From: Cylindrospermopsis raciborskii Cr2010
GTDB taxonomy: Bacteria; Cyanobacteriota; Cyanobacteriia; Cyanobacteriales; Nostocaceae
Direction of reading: 5' to 3'
DNA: 32,000 bases
Assembly (NCBI RefSeq): GCF_003367075.2
Contig: NZ_CP065936.1
Coordinates: forward strand, 570,001-602,000
This document shows, in pieces, positions 8,656-17,567 of the stretch (position 1 is its first letter; every line of letters begins with the position of its first letter). The notes under the pieces were generated by a model. It ran no database searches and was not told the origin of the DNA. It saw only the letters and a list, made by a program, of their open reading frames with translations. Position numbers and translations under genes: made by a program.

Positions 8656-9537
8656 ATGGGAGGTATAGACATGGTGAGGCAAATTCCATCAAAAACTCAA
8701 CTGCGGGTGATAAAATCTAACATTAGTCAGGGTGTGGAGACGCCTGAAATTGTCTACCCAGAAAGTGATAATAAACCTATGGCGGATAACACTAGACAAT
8801 TTACATGGATTGTCAAAATTAAGGAAAATTTAGAAATACTATTTAAGTCCAATGCGGATGTGTTTGTGGCTGGGGACTTATTTTGGTATCCAGTGGAGGG
8901 TAGTAACAAAATTAAACTGGCCCCTGACACCATGGTAGTGTTTGGGAGACCCAAGGGGTACCGGGGGTCTTATCGACAGTGGGAAGAGAATAATATTCCC
9001 CCCCAGGTGGTGTTTGAAATTTTATCTCCTGGTAATAATAATACTGAGATGGACAGAAAAAAGCTCTTTTATCTGGAACATGGAGTGGAGGAGTATTATG
9101 TGTATAACCCAGACAAGACTAGTCTAGAAGTATCTATTAGGGAAAATAACTCATTTAAGGAAATTGAGAATTTTACCACTTGGACCAGTCCAAGATTGAA
9201 AATAAGATTTGACATGACCCAAGATGAATTAGTCATCTATTATCCAGATGGGAGTAAGTTTCTTAATCCTGTAGAATTGAGTAATTATGCAGAACAAGAA
9301 ACTCAACGTGCAGAACGTGAAAAATTGCTTAAAGAGCAGGAAACTCAGCGTGCAGAACGTGAAAAACTTCTCAAAGAACAAGAAACTCAACGTGCAGAAC
9401 GTGAAAAACTTCTCAAAGAACAAGAAACTCAGCGTGCAGAACGTGAAAGACTTCTCAAAGAGCAGGAACAAATAAAGTATCAAACATTGCTATCACAATT
9501 AAAAGCTAAGGGTATTGATATTACTGCACTCGAATAA
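8656..9537 (+). CDS. Uma2 family endonuclease (DUF820, putative restriction-endonuclease-like fold) with a C-terminal repeat region
   Basis: YPESDNKPMADNTRQ...FVAGDLFWYPVEG...APDTMVVFGRPKGYRGSYRQWEENNIPPQVVFEILSPGN...K..LY...GVEEYYVYNP matches the Uma2 core as I know it. The second ATG at 8671 sits 7 nt after GGAGG and is the more likely start. Confidence 0.85.
   Translation: MGGIDMVRQIPSKTQLRVIKSNISQGVETPEIVYPESDNKPMADNTRQFTWIVKIKENLEILFKSNADVFVAGDLFWYPVEGSNKIKLAPDTMVVFGRPKGYRGSYRQWEENNIPPQVVFEILSPGNNNTEMDRKKLFYLEHGVEEYYVYNPDKTSLEVSIRENNSFKEIENFTTWTSPRLKIRFDMTQDELVIYYPDGSKFLNPVELSNYAEQETQRAEREKLLKEQETQRAEREKLLKEQETQRAEREKLLKEQETQRAERERLLKEQEQIKYQTLLSQLKAKGIDITALE
9292..9468 (+). repeat. In-frame 42-bp tandem repeat, 4 full units plus a partial fifth, inside the Uma2 gene
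   Basis: Units start at 9292, 9334, 9376 and 9418, each encoding EQETQRAEREKLLK (unit 4 has K->R). The partial fifth unit gagcaggaa starts at 9460. Confidence 0.95.
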
Positions 9538-9602
9538 ACTATTACCTGCACCAGAATACCCTTGGGGGTTTTTAAAAACTGGAGTTTATACTAAAGAGAA
9601 GA

Positions 9603-9634
9603 GCGATTGCGAAGCACTCCCTACGGGATCTCGC
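9603..9634 (+). repeat. Solo copy of a 32-nt dispersed hairpin motif
   Basis: gcgattgcgaagcactccctacgggatctcgc differs at one position from 8408-8439 in the tandem array. It folds as GCG(A)AG(CA)CTCCC-tac-GGGAG-CT-CGC. Confidence 0.8.
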
Positions 9635-9737
9635 CATTATGTCCTAATCTTGATGGCTACAGCTATAATTGCCAGTTATGTGAACTTTCCATTCCGTCAG
9701 GACTTTACCGTTTTCAGTATTATTAATCACTAAAAAT

Positions 9738-11894
9738 ATGTTGAATATTCCCCAATTAGTCGCTCTTGAATTAGGACTTAAAGTCAACCAGGTACAAAAC
9801 GCCTTGGATCTCTTAGCTGAGGGTGCAACTATTCCCTTTATTGCACGTTATCGTAAGGAACTTACCCAAGAAATGACGGAAGTACAACTACGAGATTTAT
9901 CCGATAGATATACATATTTGACAGAACTAGAAGAGAGAAAACGGGCAGTTTTAAGCGCCATATCAGAACAAGGTAAACTCACGGACAAACTGGAAGAGAA
10001 AATCAGCTCCTGTTTACAGAAAACGGAATTAGAGGATTTATACTTACCCTACAAACCAAAGCGTCGCACTCGTGCTACTATTGCTCGAGAAAAAGGTCTG
10101 GAATCCTTAGCAGCATTTATTAAATCATTAAATGTAAAAAATGGTACATCCATTTCCCTGGATTCAGTAGCAAGTAAATATGTTGCCCAGGAAAAAGGTG
10201 TGAATACCAGTGAAGAGGCGTTAAAAGGCGCTAGTGATATTTTAGCGGAAGAAATAGCTGACAAGGCTCATTTAAGAGCCTATATCAGGGAATATGTGTT
10301 GGAAACGGGTGTGATTATTTCCCGAATCAAAGAGGAATATGCGGAAGGGACAACTAAATTTGAAATGTACCGTAACTATCAGGTAAAGGTCAAAAATGTT
10401 GCTCCCCATAATATGTTAGCTTTAAGTAGGGGAGAAGCGGAAAAACTCTTAGTCTTTGACATTGGTTTTGACCAAGATTTTCTACTTGCTTATTTGGAAT
10501 CTCAGGAAATTCACACCCGAACACAAAATATCAGACAGTTCTACCAAGCTATGTTAAAGGATGCTTTTAACCGCTTGATGAAAACTTCGTTAATTAATGA
10601 AGTAATTAGTGAAAAGAAAACCTATTCTGATGTTGAATCTATTAAAACCTTTGAAGCAAATCTGAGGGAGTTGTTATTGTCTGCACCCGCAGGGATGAAA
10701 CCCACCTTGGCCATAGATCCAGGGTTTAGAACGGGTTGTAAGACAGCGATTTTAGATCCGACGGGTAAATTCCTAGAATATCAAGCTGTTTTTCCTCACC
10801 AGGGAGGGGAACAGAGGCAAAAAGCGGTTCAGACGGTAAAAAAGCTCATAGAAAAGTATGAGATTCAACTAATAGCAATTGGCAATGGCACAGCATCTCG
10901 CGAAACGGATGAATTTATCACCGAGGTTTTAAGAGATTGCCACTCCAAACCAATTAAGGTTATGGTGAATGAGTCTGGTGCATCTATATATTCAGCTAGT
11001 GAAGTAGCTAGAAAGGAATTTCCTGATTTAGATATAACTGTCAGAGGTGCAATTAGTATTGGGAGAAGATTGCAAGATCCCCTGGCTGAATTAGTAAAAA
11101 TTGACCCCAAATCCATTGGGGTGGGACAATATCAGCATGATGTGGATCAAAAACTCCTGAAAAAGAAATTACATGAAACCGTTGAAAGTTGTGTCAATTA
11201 TGTGGGAGTAGATTTGAATACTGCTTCTAAAGAACTGTTGACATTTGTTTCTGGAATTAACCCTACAGTTGCTAATAATATTATCACCTATCGCAATCAA
11301 TATGGGGCATTTAAAAATCGTCAACAACTGTTGAAAGTGCCAAAACTTGGTCCGAAAGCATTTGAACAGTCAGCAGGGTTTTTAAAAATTAGAAATGGGG
11401 AAAATCCCCTGGATAATACTGCAGTTCATCCGGAAAGTTATCCCCTGGTAGAAAAGATAGCAGGGGATTTACAAGTACCATTAAATCAAGTTACCCAAAT
11501 AGCAGAACGGTTGAAAAAAACTGGCATCAAAAAATACCTGACTGATGCCATCGGAGAGCCTACTTTGCGAGATATTCTCAGGGAACTGGAAAAACCAGGA
11601 AGAGATCCTCGTGCGGAATTTAAATATGCCACCTTCCGGGAGGGAATTAAGGAAATTAGGGACTTAACCGTGGGTATGGAATTGGAAGGAATTATTACTA
11701 ATGTGGCTAATTTTGGTGCTTTTGTTGATATTGGAGTTCATCAGGATGGATTGGTTCACATATCCCAATTAGCAGATAGATTTGTGGAGGATCCCAAAAC
11801 CATCGTTAAGGTGGGACAGTTGGTAAGGGTGAGGGTGCTGGAGGTGAATGAAAAGTTAAAACGTATTAGTTTATCTATGAGAAAGCCTAATTAA
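9738..11894 (+). CDS. tex: Tex-like RNA-binding transcriptional accessory protein
   Basis: 718 aa. The N-terminal IPFIARYRKE motif, a central YqgF/RuvC-like region (IDPGFRTGCK...IAIGNGTASRE), an HhH region and a C-terminal S1 domain (GIITNVANFGAFVDIGVHQDGLVHISQL) all fit Tex. Confidence 0.9.
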   Translation: MLNIPQLVALELGLKVNQVQNALDLLAEGATIPFIARYRKELTQEMTEVQLRDLSDRYTYLTELEERKRAVLSAISEQGKLTDKLEEKISSCLQKTELEDLYLPYKPKRRTRATIAREKGLESLAAFIKSLNVKNGTSISLDSVASKYVAQEKGVNTSEEALKGASDILAEEIADKAHLRAYIREYVLETGVIISRIKEEYAEGTTKFEMYRNYQVKVKNVAPHNMLALSRGEAEKLLVFDIGFDQDFLLAYLESQEIHTRTQNIRQFYQAMLKDAFNRLMKTSLINEVISEKKTYSDVESIKTFEANLRELLLSAPAGMKPTLAIDPGFRTGCKTAILDPTGKFLEYQAVFPHQGGEQRQKAVQTVKKLIEKYEIQLIAIGNGTASRETDEFITEVLRDCHSKPIKVMVNESGASIYSASEVARKEFPDLDITVRGAISIGRRLQDPLAELVKIDPKSIGVGQYQHDVDQKLLKKKLHETVESCVNYVGVDLNTASKELLTFVSGINPTVANNIITYRNQYGAFKNRQQLLKVPKLGPKAFEQSAGFLKIRNGENPLDNTAVHPESYPLVEKIAGDLQVPLNQVTQIAERLKKTGIKKYLTDAIGEPTLRDILRELEKPGRDPRAEFKYATFREGIKEIRDLTVGMELEGIITNVANFGAFVDIGVHQDGLVHISQLADRFVEDPKTIVKVGQLVRVRVLEVNEKLKRISLSMRKPN

Positions 11895-12679
11895 GCTCCC
11901 ATGCCTGAATACTGCTTTAACCCTAAGCGCCATAGTAGGCGATTGGCTATCCAAAATATGCACAACCAAGCTAAAATGGATAAAAATCCCCTGGTTAAAT
12001 CTACGGGTAGACCTACTAAAATGCTTGCGGGAAAATGAATTAGGTAGGGAAATGGTGTCCATAGGGCGAAGTTTTTAACCGCTGGGGGAAAAACCTCTAA
12101 GGGTGCAATCATACCTGATAGAAACAGAAATAATAAGAACCAAAAGTTTTCTAGGGATGTAGCTCTTTCAGTCCAAAAGGCTAACATTCCTAGAGTGTAC
12201 TGGATGAGGAACCTCAATGCAAAAGATAGGAATGCAGCTAGGATAAACCAAAAAAAGTTGGTAAAACTGGGGATCCAGAAAGCTTGGGGGTAAAATGCGA
12301 AGAATATGCCCACAATTGCCACAATAAATGGCATTCTGGCAAATCTTTCACTAATGTGACCAGCAAGATGATGAAATACCGGGTCTAAGGGTTGTAATAA
12401 TCGATTGGAAAGTTTCCCCTCGACTACTTCTCTTTCAAAATCATAAATTACCCAAACAACCGTTAGTTGTCTAAATAGAAATACTGCAAAAAAATAGCGG
12501 GTAAAGTCAAGTGGACTTAAACCAAAGTTTCCCCCCTGTGCTGCTTTATTCCACACACCCATAATTATTATGGGTAGGGAACCAGATAAAACCCATAATA
12601 GTAGTTCTGAGCGATATTCTAGCATGTAGGCGTAATACACTGTGAGGAAGATGTGGGCCTTCCTGAAAAAATACTTCAT
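11891..12679 (-). CDS. ABC-2 family transporter permease (DUF990 / ABC2_membrane_6-like)
   Basis: 262 aa with about 6 TM helices. It lies directly downstream of the ATPase gene with a 6-nt gap. Its stop codon shares the tetranucleotide TTAA (11891-11894) with the convergent tex stop. Confidence 0.75.
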   Translation of the reverse strand: MKYFFRKAHIFLTVYYAYMLEYRSELLLWVLSGSLPIIIMGVWNKAAQGGNFGLSPLDFTRYFFAVFLFRQLTVVWVIYDFEREVVEGKLSNRLLQPLDPVFHHLAGHISERFARMPFIVAIVGIFFAFYPQAFWIPSFTNFFWFILAAFLSFALRFLIQYTLGMLAFWTERATSLENFWFLLFLFLSGMIAPLEVFPPAVKNFALWTPFPYLIHFPASILVGLPVDLTRGFLSILAWLCIFWIANRLLWRLGLKQYSGMGA

Positions 12680-12685
12680 CTTTAT

Positions 12686-13684
12686 TTACTTACGGTGGGT
12701 TGGTGATATAAGAACGGACTGGAAAACTTTACCTATTACTTCTTCTACTGGTGGTTCGGTGACAGTTAAATCTACCACGTCTAAATCTGCTAATATTTGT
12801 CCTACGGTGCGGGTTAAACCTTCCCTTTGCACGAGTAAACTAACTCTTCTACCTTCTAGATGTTCTACCTCTCCATAGTAAGTAAGTTTTTCAATAGGTA
12901 GTGACTGGGACAATTCTATATAGATTTGACGATAGGGGGCAAATTTCTGTATTAATTCTTCCAGTCTGCCATCATACATCAGTTCGCCTTGGTGAATTAC
13001 TAACACTCTTTCACAAAGAGCTGTGATATCCGCCATGTAGTGACTTGTTAATAATATGGTAGATTGATAAAGTTGGTTATATTCTCTTAAGAAGTCTCTT
13101 ACGTTAACTTGGGCGTTAATATCCAGTCCCAGAGTTGGTTCATCTAAAAACAGAACCTGGGGACGGTGTAAAAGAGCGGCTAAAATTTCTGCCTTCATTC
13201 TTTCACCTAGAGAAAGTTTCCTGACTGGTTGGTTTAGTTTGCTACCTAGGGAAAGCATTTCTGTCAGTTCACCAACTCGCTGCTGAAATTCTCTATTGGA
13301 TATATTATATACTGCAGCATTGATTTTTAGGGAATCTATGGCTGGTAAATCCCATAATAATTGCTGCTTTTGTCCCATAACTAGGGTAATTCTTTGCAAA
13401 AATGCTTCCTGACGACGAAAAGGACTGAATCCCCCCACTTTTAGTGATCCGCTGGAAGGATGAATTAGACCAGTCAGCATTTTTAAGGTCGTGGTTTTAC
13501 CCGCACCATTGGGCCCCAAAAACCCCACTATTTCTCCAGGTTCTATGGTGAAGGTTACATCTTTAACAGCTTGAATGTGACGATATTGACGATTGAAGAA
13601 GTGGTTTATTGTACCAACAAACCCAGGTTGTTTAATGGCAACTGAATACGATTTGCTAAGATTTTGAGCTTGGATAATCGACAT
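12686..13684 (-). CDS. ABC transporter ATP-binding protein
   Basis: Walker A GPNGAGKTT, ABC signature LSLGERMK and Walker B VLFLDEPTLGLD are present. 332 aa with a C-terminal extension. Confidence 0.9.
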   Translation of the reverse strand: MSIIQAQNLSKSYSVAIKQPGFVGTINHFFNRQYRHIQAVKDVTFTIEPGEIVGFLGPNGAGKTTTLKMLTGLIHPSSGSLKVGGFSPFRRQEAFLQRITLVMGQKQQLLWDLPAIDSLKINAAVYNISNREFQQRVGELTEMLSLGSKLNQPVRKLSLGERMKAEILAALLHRPQVLFLDEPTLGLDINAQVNVRDFLREYNQLYQSTILLTSHYMADITALCERVLVIHQGELMYDGRLEELIQKFAPYRQIYIELSQSLPIEKLTYYGEVEHLEGRRVSLLVQREGLTRTVGQILADLDVVDLTVTEPPVEEVIGKVFQSVLISPTHRK

Positions 13685-13723
13685 AAAAATATTACAATAT
13701 GTGCTGAAACGTCAAGCCTTCGC

Positions 13724-14788
13724 CTACAAAAGATCCGTAAATCGAGGATCACTCTGTAGTTTCTTTAACACCTGTTTAATTTCCTGAGTTCGATCTTTGT
13801 CAACTATTAGGGTAACATTGCGATCGCGCACAATCACCAAATTTTCTAAACCGATAGTGACCACTAAATCGTTGGGATCGGAAGCATAAATAATAGTTCC
13901 TTGGGTATGGAGACCGACATGGGTAGCTAATTCTACATTTTGATCTTCCTGGGTTTTGAGTAGACGTTCAATGGCATTCCAGTCCCCCAGATCATCCCAG
14001 CCAAATTCTACTGGTAAGACATAAGCCAAATTAGTCTTTTCCATGAGGGCATAATCTATACTTTGCTTAGGCAAAGAAGGGTAAATCCCAGGTCCATGTT
14101 CTGCTAAAGGGATGACAATTTCTGGAGTATGGGTGTGTAATTCTTGTAGTATGACTCCAGCGCGAAATACAAACATGCCACTATTCCAGCTAAAACGTCC
14201 TGTAGATAAAAAATGTTCAGCTGTTTCTCGGTTGGGCTTTTCAGTAAACCGGTTGACGTGATAGACTGGTAAATTATTAAATTTACCAACCCTTTCACCC
14301 TGTTCAATATACCCATAAGCAGTGGATGGAAAACTAGGCTTAATCCCCAAAGTGACGATCGCTTGTGTGCTGGTTGCTAATTGGGTAGCAGCACTGAGAG
14401 TGTTTTCAAACGCCTCTTGGTCAGCAATCCAGTGATCAGCAGGGAAAAATCCAATCACAGTGTCATCCCCATGACGCTTCTGGATTTCCAAACTTGCCCA
14501 GGCGATCGCAGCTGCTGTATCCCTACCCTCTAATTCAACTAACAGGTTTGAGGGTAACAGGTTGGGCAATTGCTGTTCTACACCCTGAGATATTTGGCTG
14601 GAAGTGATTACCCACAGATTATCCCAACCTCCAGAGACATTTAGCAGTCGCTTGGCTGTGGATTGCAGTAAACTTTGGGAACTACCATCCAGATTTAAGA
14701 ACTGTTTAGGTTTGTCTTTGCGACTTAGGGGCCAAAAGCGCTCGCCCTTACCACCAGCCAAAATAACGGGGATCATGGAACTAGTCAT
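13724..14788 (-). CDS. manC: Mannose-1-phosphate guanylyltransferase (GDP-mannose pyrophosphorylase), short form
   Basis: Nucleotidyltransferase N-terminus IPVILAGGKGERFWPLSRKDKPKQFL. At 354 aa it has no C-terminal isomerase domain. It lies 39 nt upstream of the ABC ATPase gene on the same strand. Confidence 0.85.
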   Translation of the reverse strand: MTSSMIPVILAGGKGERFWPLSRKDKPKQFLNLDGSSQSLLQSTAKRLLNVSGGWDNLWVITSSQISQGVEQQLPNLLPSNLLVELEGRDTAAAIAWASLEIQKRHGDDTVIGFFPADHWIADQEAFENTLSAATQLATSTQAIVTLGIKPSFPSTAYGYIEQGERVGKFNNLPVYHVNRFTEKPNRETAEHFLSTGRFSWNSGMFVFRAGVILQELHTHTPEIVIPLAEHGPGIYPSLPKQSIDYALMEKTNLAYVLPVEFGWDDLGDWNAIERLLKTQEDQNVELATHVGLHTQGTIIYASDPNDLVVTIGLENLVIVRDRNVTLIVDKDRTQEIKQVLKKLQSDPRFTDLL

Positions 14789-15076
14789 GTTGTTTTCAGA
14801 AAATGGGAACTACTGTAAAACAATATTAAGTCTATATTTATTATTCATCCCATTTGGGATAATCTTGACTGAATCCATCTGGCCAGTGGGGAATTATTGA
14901 ATAAAAAATCTAGTAGTCTACATTAATTTCAGATCAAGGTTGGTTTGGTTGTTCAACTGGTTTCCTTGCAAGCCTAATTTTCCCTGCACTATCTGAATTA
15001 TAACCTGCGATACCAGAAATTTGTGGCTTAATATGAACGTACTCTTATGAAAAAGTGATTAAGTGGGGAGGCAATT

Positions 15077-16573
15077 GTGATTAAACAAGTTCAGTGGTTA
15101 GAAAATCAGCTTGCAATTCAACAAGTGACTGCTTTAGAACATGAGGGACAACTGGAGCAATTTATGTCAGTTGAAACTCAGACTGTGTCAAATCCGGTAT
15201 TGAGAGCGGAGGTAACTGCAGGGGGTGTAAATAGTCAACGAACAGTCGCTGAACTAATGGGATCAATGCCATATCAGATTTCTGACAAATTAGGATTAAG
15301 TATGCCTCGTTGGCTATTGTGGGTATTAACCTTTTCTATAAGCATCACCTTATCAGGGCTATTCATGTCAGCAGTTGCTTTATGGACTCCCCTATGGAGT
15401 AACTTAGAGAAAGCAGAAGATGACGGATTTACACCAAGTAATAGAGATACTTTAAAAGTATCGGATGGTTTATGGAATAAACTTTCCCTTTATCAACTAT
15501 CCAAACCCATGAACATTTTAGTGATGGGTGTTGAACCGATTAAAGGCACCCTAGATGGTTCACCAGAAAGTTTTGCCGGTAGCAGTGACACCATGTTACT
15601 AGTGCGGTTAAACCCTAGTGATAAATCAATAAGGGTGCTTTCCATTCCCAAGGGGACAATGGTGTCCTTACCAGAAGATGGACTCAGCAAGATATCAGAA
15701 GCTAATACCAAGGGTGGTCCGGTATTAGCTGCACGGGTAATCAGTCGCACTTTTAGTAACGCTCCCATAGATAGGTATATTCGTATTTCCACGAGTGGTT
15801 TACGAGAACTGGTGGATCAGTTGGGGGGAGTAGATATATTTGTACCCCAGTCTATGAGCTCTCAGGAGCAAACTGGTGGAACACCAACAAATTTAGTGAG
15901 TGGGTGGCAAACCCTCAACGGTGAACAGGCGGAATTATTTGCTCGTTTTCGGGAATCTAGTCTGGGAGATATAGCCAGGGTGCAACGACAACAAGCTCTG
16001 ATTGGTGGTCTGGTTCAACGCCTAAATAATCCTGTCGTTCTACCTCGGTTACCCCAACTTACTCGTATGATGCGCAAGTATTTTGACACCAATTTGAGAA
16101 TGGAAGAGATGATGGCCTTGGCCAATTTTGCCGTCAATGTGGAACGGGATAATTTTCAAATGACCATGCTTCCTGGTACCTTTAGTAAGTTCAGTAAAGA
16201 TCCAGAAAGTTACTGGTTGAATCTCACCGGACAACAAAGTTTGTTAAAAAATTATGTTGGGGTGGATATTTATCAAGTCAAATCAGACTCTCGTTCAGTT
16301 TCTCAGCTAAAAATTGCCATTCAAAATGCCAGCAGTCAACCTCAAGTAACTGCAAAAGTTATCAACCAACTCAAGTCCAAGGGTTTTGCTAATATTTACA
16401 CTGTTCCCGATTGGGCTGAAAACCAACGCCAAACCCAGATCTTTGTTCGCAGAGGAACTCGACAACCAGGAGTAGAGCTACAGACAATATTGGGTAGGGG
16501 TCAAATTGAAGTTTCCGCTCAAGGAGATTTAGATGCAGATCTCACCATTCGCATTGGTGAAGATTGGAAATAG
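15077..16573 (+). CDS. LytR-CpsA-Psr (LCP) family protein with divergent motifs
   Basis: One TM helix (RWLLWVLTFSISITLSGLFMSAVAL) is followed by the LCP domain: NILVMGVEP...SSDTMLLVRLNPSDKSIRVLSIPKGT...KISEANTKGGPVLAARVI...LVDQLGGVDIFV. GGAGG lies 6 nt upstream of the GTG start at 15077. Internal ATG starts cannot be excluded. Confidence 0.8.
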   Translation: MIKQVQWLENQLAIQQVTALEHEGQLEQFMSVETQTVSNPVLRAEVTAGGVNSQRTVAELMGSMPYQISDKLGLSMPRWLLWVLTFSISITLSGLFMSAVALWTPLWSNLEKAEDDGFTPSNRDTLKVSDGLWNKLSLYQLSKPMNILVMGVEPIKGTLDGSPESFAGSSDTMLLVRLNPSDKSIRVLSIPKGTMVSLPEDGLSKISEANTKGGPVLAARVISRTFSNAPIDRYIRISTSGLRELVDQLGGVDIFVPQSMSSQEQTGGTPTNLVSGWQTLNGEQAELFARFRESSLGDIARVQRQQALIGGLVQRLNNPVVLPRLPQLTRMMRKYFDTNLRMEEMMALANFAVNVERDNFQMTMLPGTFSKFSKDPESYWLNLTGQQSLLKNYVGVDIYQVKSDSRSVSQLKIAIQNASSQPQVTAKVINQLKSKGFANIYTVPDWAENQRQTQIFVRRGTRQPGVELQTILGRGQIEVSAQGDLDADLTIRIGEDWK

Positions 16574-16703
16574 ATTAGAAATGAAAGGCGAAATTTGAGG
16601 CCACCATCAATATTCCCCGTACCATCAGGTCGGGGAGTATATCAAAAAGCATGTTTAATTCCTAGGAAAGGTCTGAATGTATTTAACTACAGCTGGGTGA
16701 AAT

Positions 16704-16895
16704 TTAGATAGTTTCTAACCAGTCATAGATCTGCTCTAACTGGTCTAGAGTTATTAGTCCATATTGCCACAGGATCATGGTTAGGGATCCAGTATCTTGC
16801 TCAGGGTGACGCAGAGCGACAGCTAGGGAAGCTGCTGAAATCGCTAAATCTTCCTGCAGGAAATTGATCAGACGGGTGTATCTCGATTGTACCAT
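16704..16895 (-). CDS. DUF2949 domain-containing protein (small cyanobacterial family)
   Basis: 63 aa. LINFLQEDLAIS...LALR...LTMILWQYGLITLDQLEQIYDWLE matches my recollection of DUF2949. Confidence 0.65.
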   Translation of the reverse strand: MVQSRYTRLINFLQEDLAISAASLAVALRHPEQDTGSLTMILWQYGLITLDQLEQIYDWLETI

Positions 16896-16978
16896 TTCTA
16901 TCTCACCTCCCGGGGGTAAAGCATATTATCTTATATCGTTTCTTTTTTTTTAGTTACCTAAAGACAGTATTTAATGTG

Positions 16979-17494
16979 TCACCTGAGCGGTTTGAATACC
17001 TCAATTTTGACCCTATCTCCTATTTTGAGACCCAGTTCCCGGGCCCGTTCAGCTCTTAATTCAACCACTTGGTCTATTAGCACTCTTGGACCGTAGGTAG
17101 GACAGGGTTCATTTTTGCAGGGGGGGGCGGTCTTGATATATTGAACCACGCCTCTGTTAATAAATACCATGTCTAATGACACTGGTACATTCTTCATCCA
17201 AAATCCTACTGGTTGGGGTGAGGGAAATGCAAACAACATACCCCGGTTATCTGGTAAAGCTGGACGATACATTAACCCCATCATCTGCTGTTCTGGTGTT
17301 TTTGCAACTTCCAAATCAATTTTTTTGCCATTGGCAATGGTCATTTGAGCGGAAACTGGCAAGTATTGACCTTTAGTGTTTGACTGGGGTAACTGAGCAT
17401 TTAAGGTGGTATTGAGTTGGGCCGAACTCGGAGCAGAACAGCTGGCGAGTAAAATACTCAACAGTAAATAACATATTATAAGACAGTGTAACAT
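16979..17494 (-). CDS. DUF192 domain-containing protein, secreted
   Basis: N-terminal signal-like helix ending LLASCS. The core QQMMGLMYRPALPDNRGMLFAFPSPQPVGFWMKNVPVSLDMVFI is typical of DUF192. Confidence 0.8.
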   Translation of the reverse strand: MLHCLIICYLLLSILLASCSAPSSAQLNTTLNAQLPQSNTKGQYLPVSAQMTIANGKKIDLEVAKTPEQQMMGLMYRPALPDNRGMLFAFPSPQPVGFWMKNVPVSLDMVFINRGVVQYIKTAPPCKNEPCPTYGPRVLIDQVVELRAERARELGLKIGDRVKIEVFKPLR

Positions 17495-17567
17495 AAGTTA
17501 TGAAATATCTCATCCATGTCTAAATATCTAAGATATACCCAACTAATATCTAATGGTTAGTCGACAA

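Noticed and set aside
9229-9483. ORFs 9229-9483 (-) and 9287-9475 (+) have highly repetitive peptides.
   Set aside because: They are off-frame and antisense readings of the 42-bp repeat inside the Uma2 gene.
16615-16637. A hairpin TCCCCG-taccatcaggt-CGGGGA lies after the second LCP gene and could be a terminator.
   Set aside because: It has only a 6-bp stem, an 11-nt loop and no U-tract on either strand.
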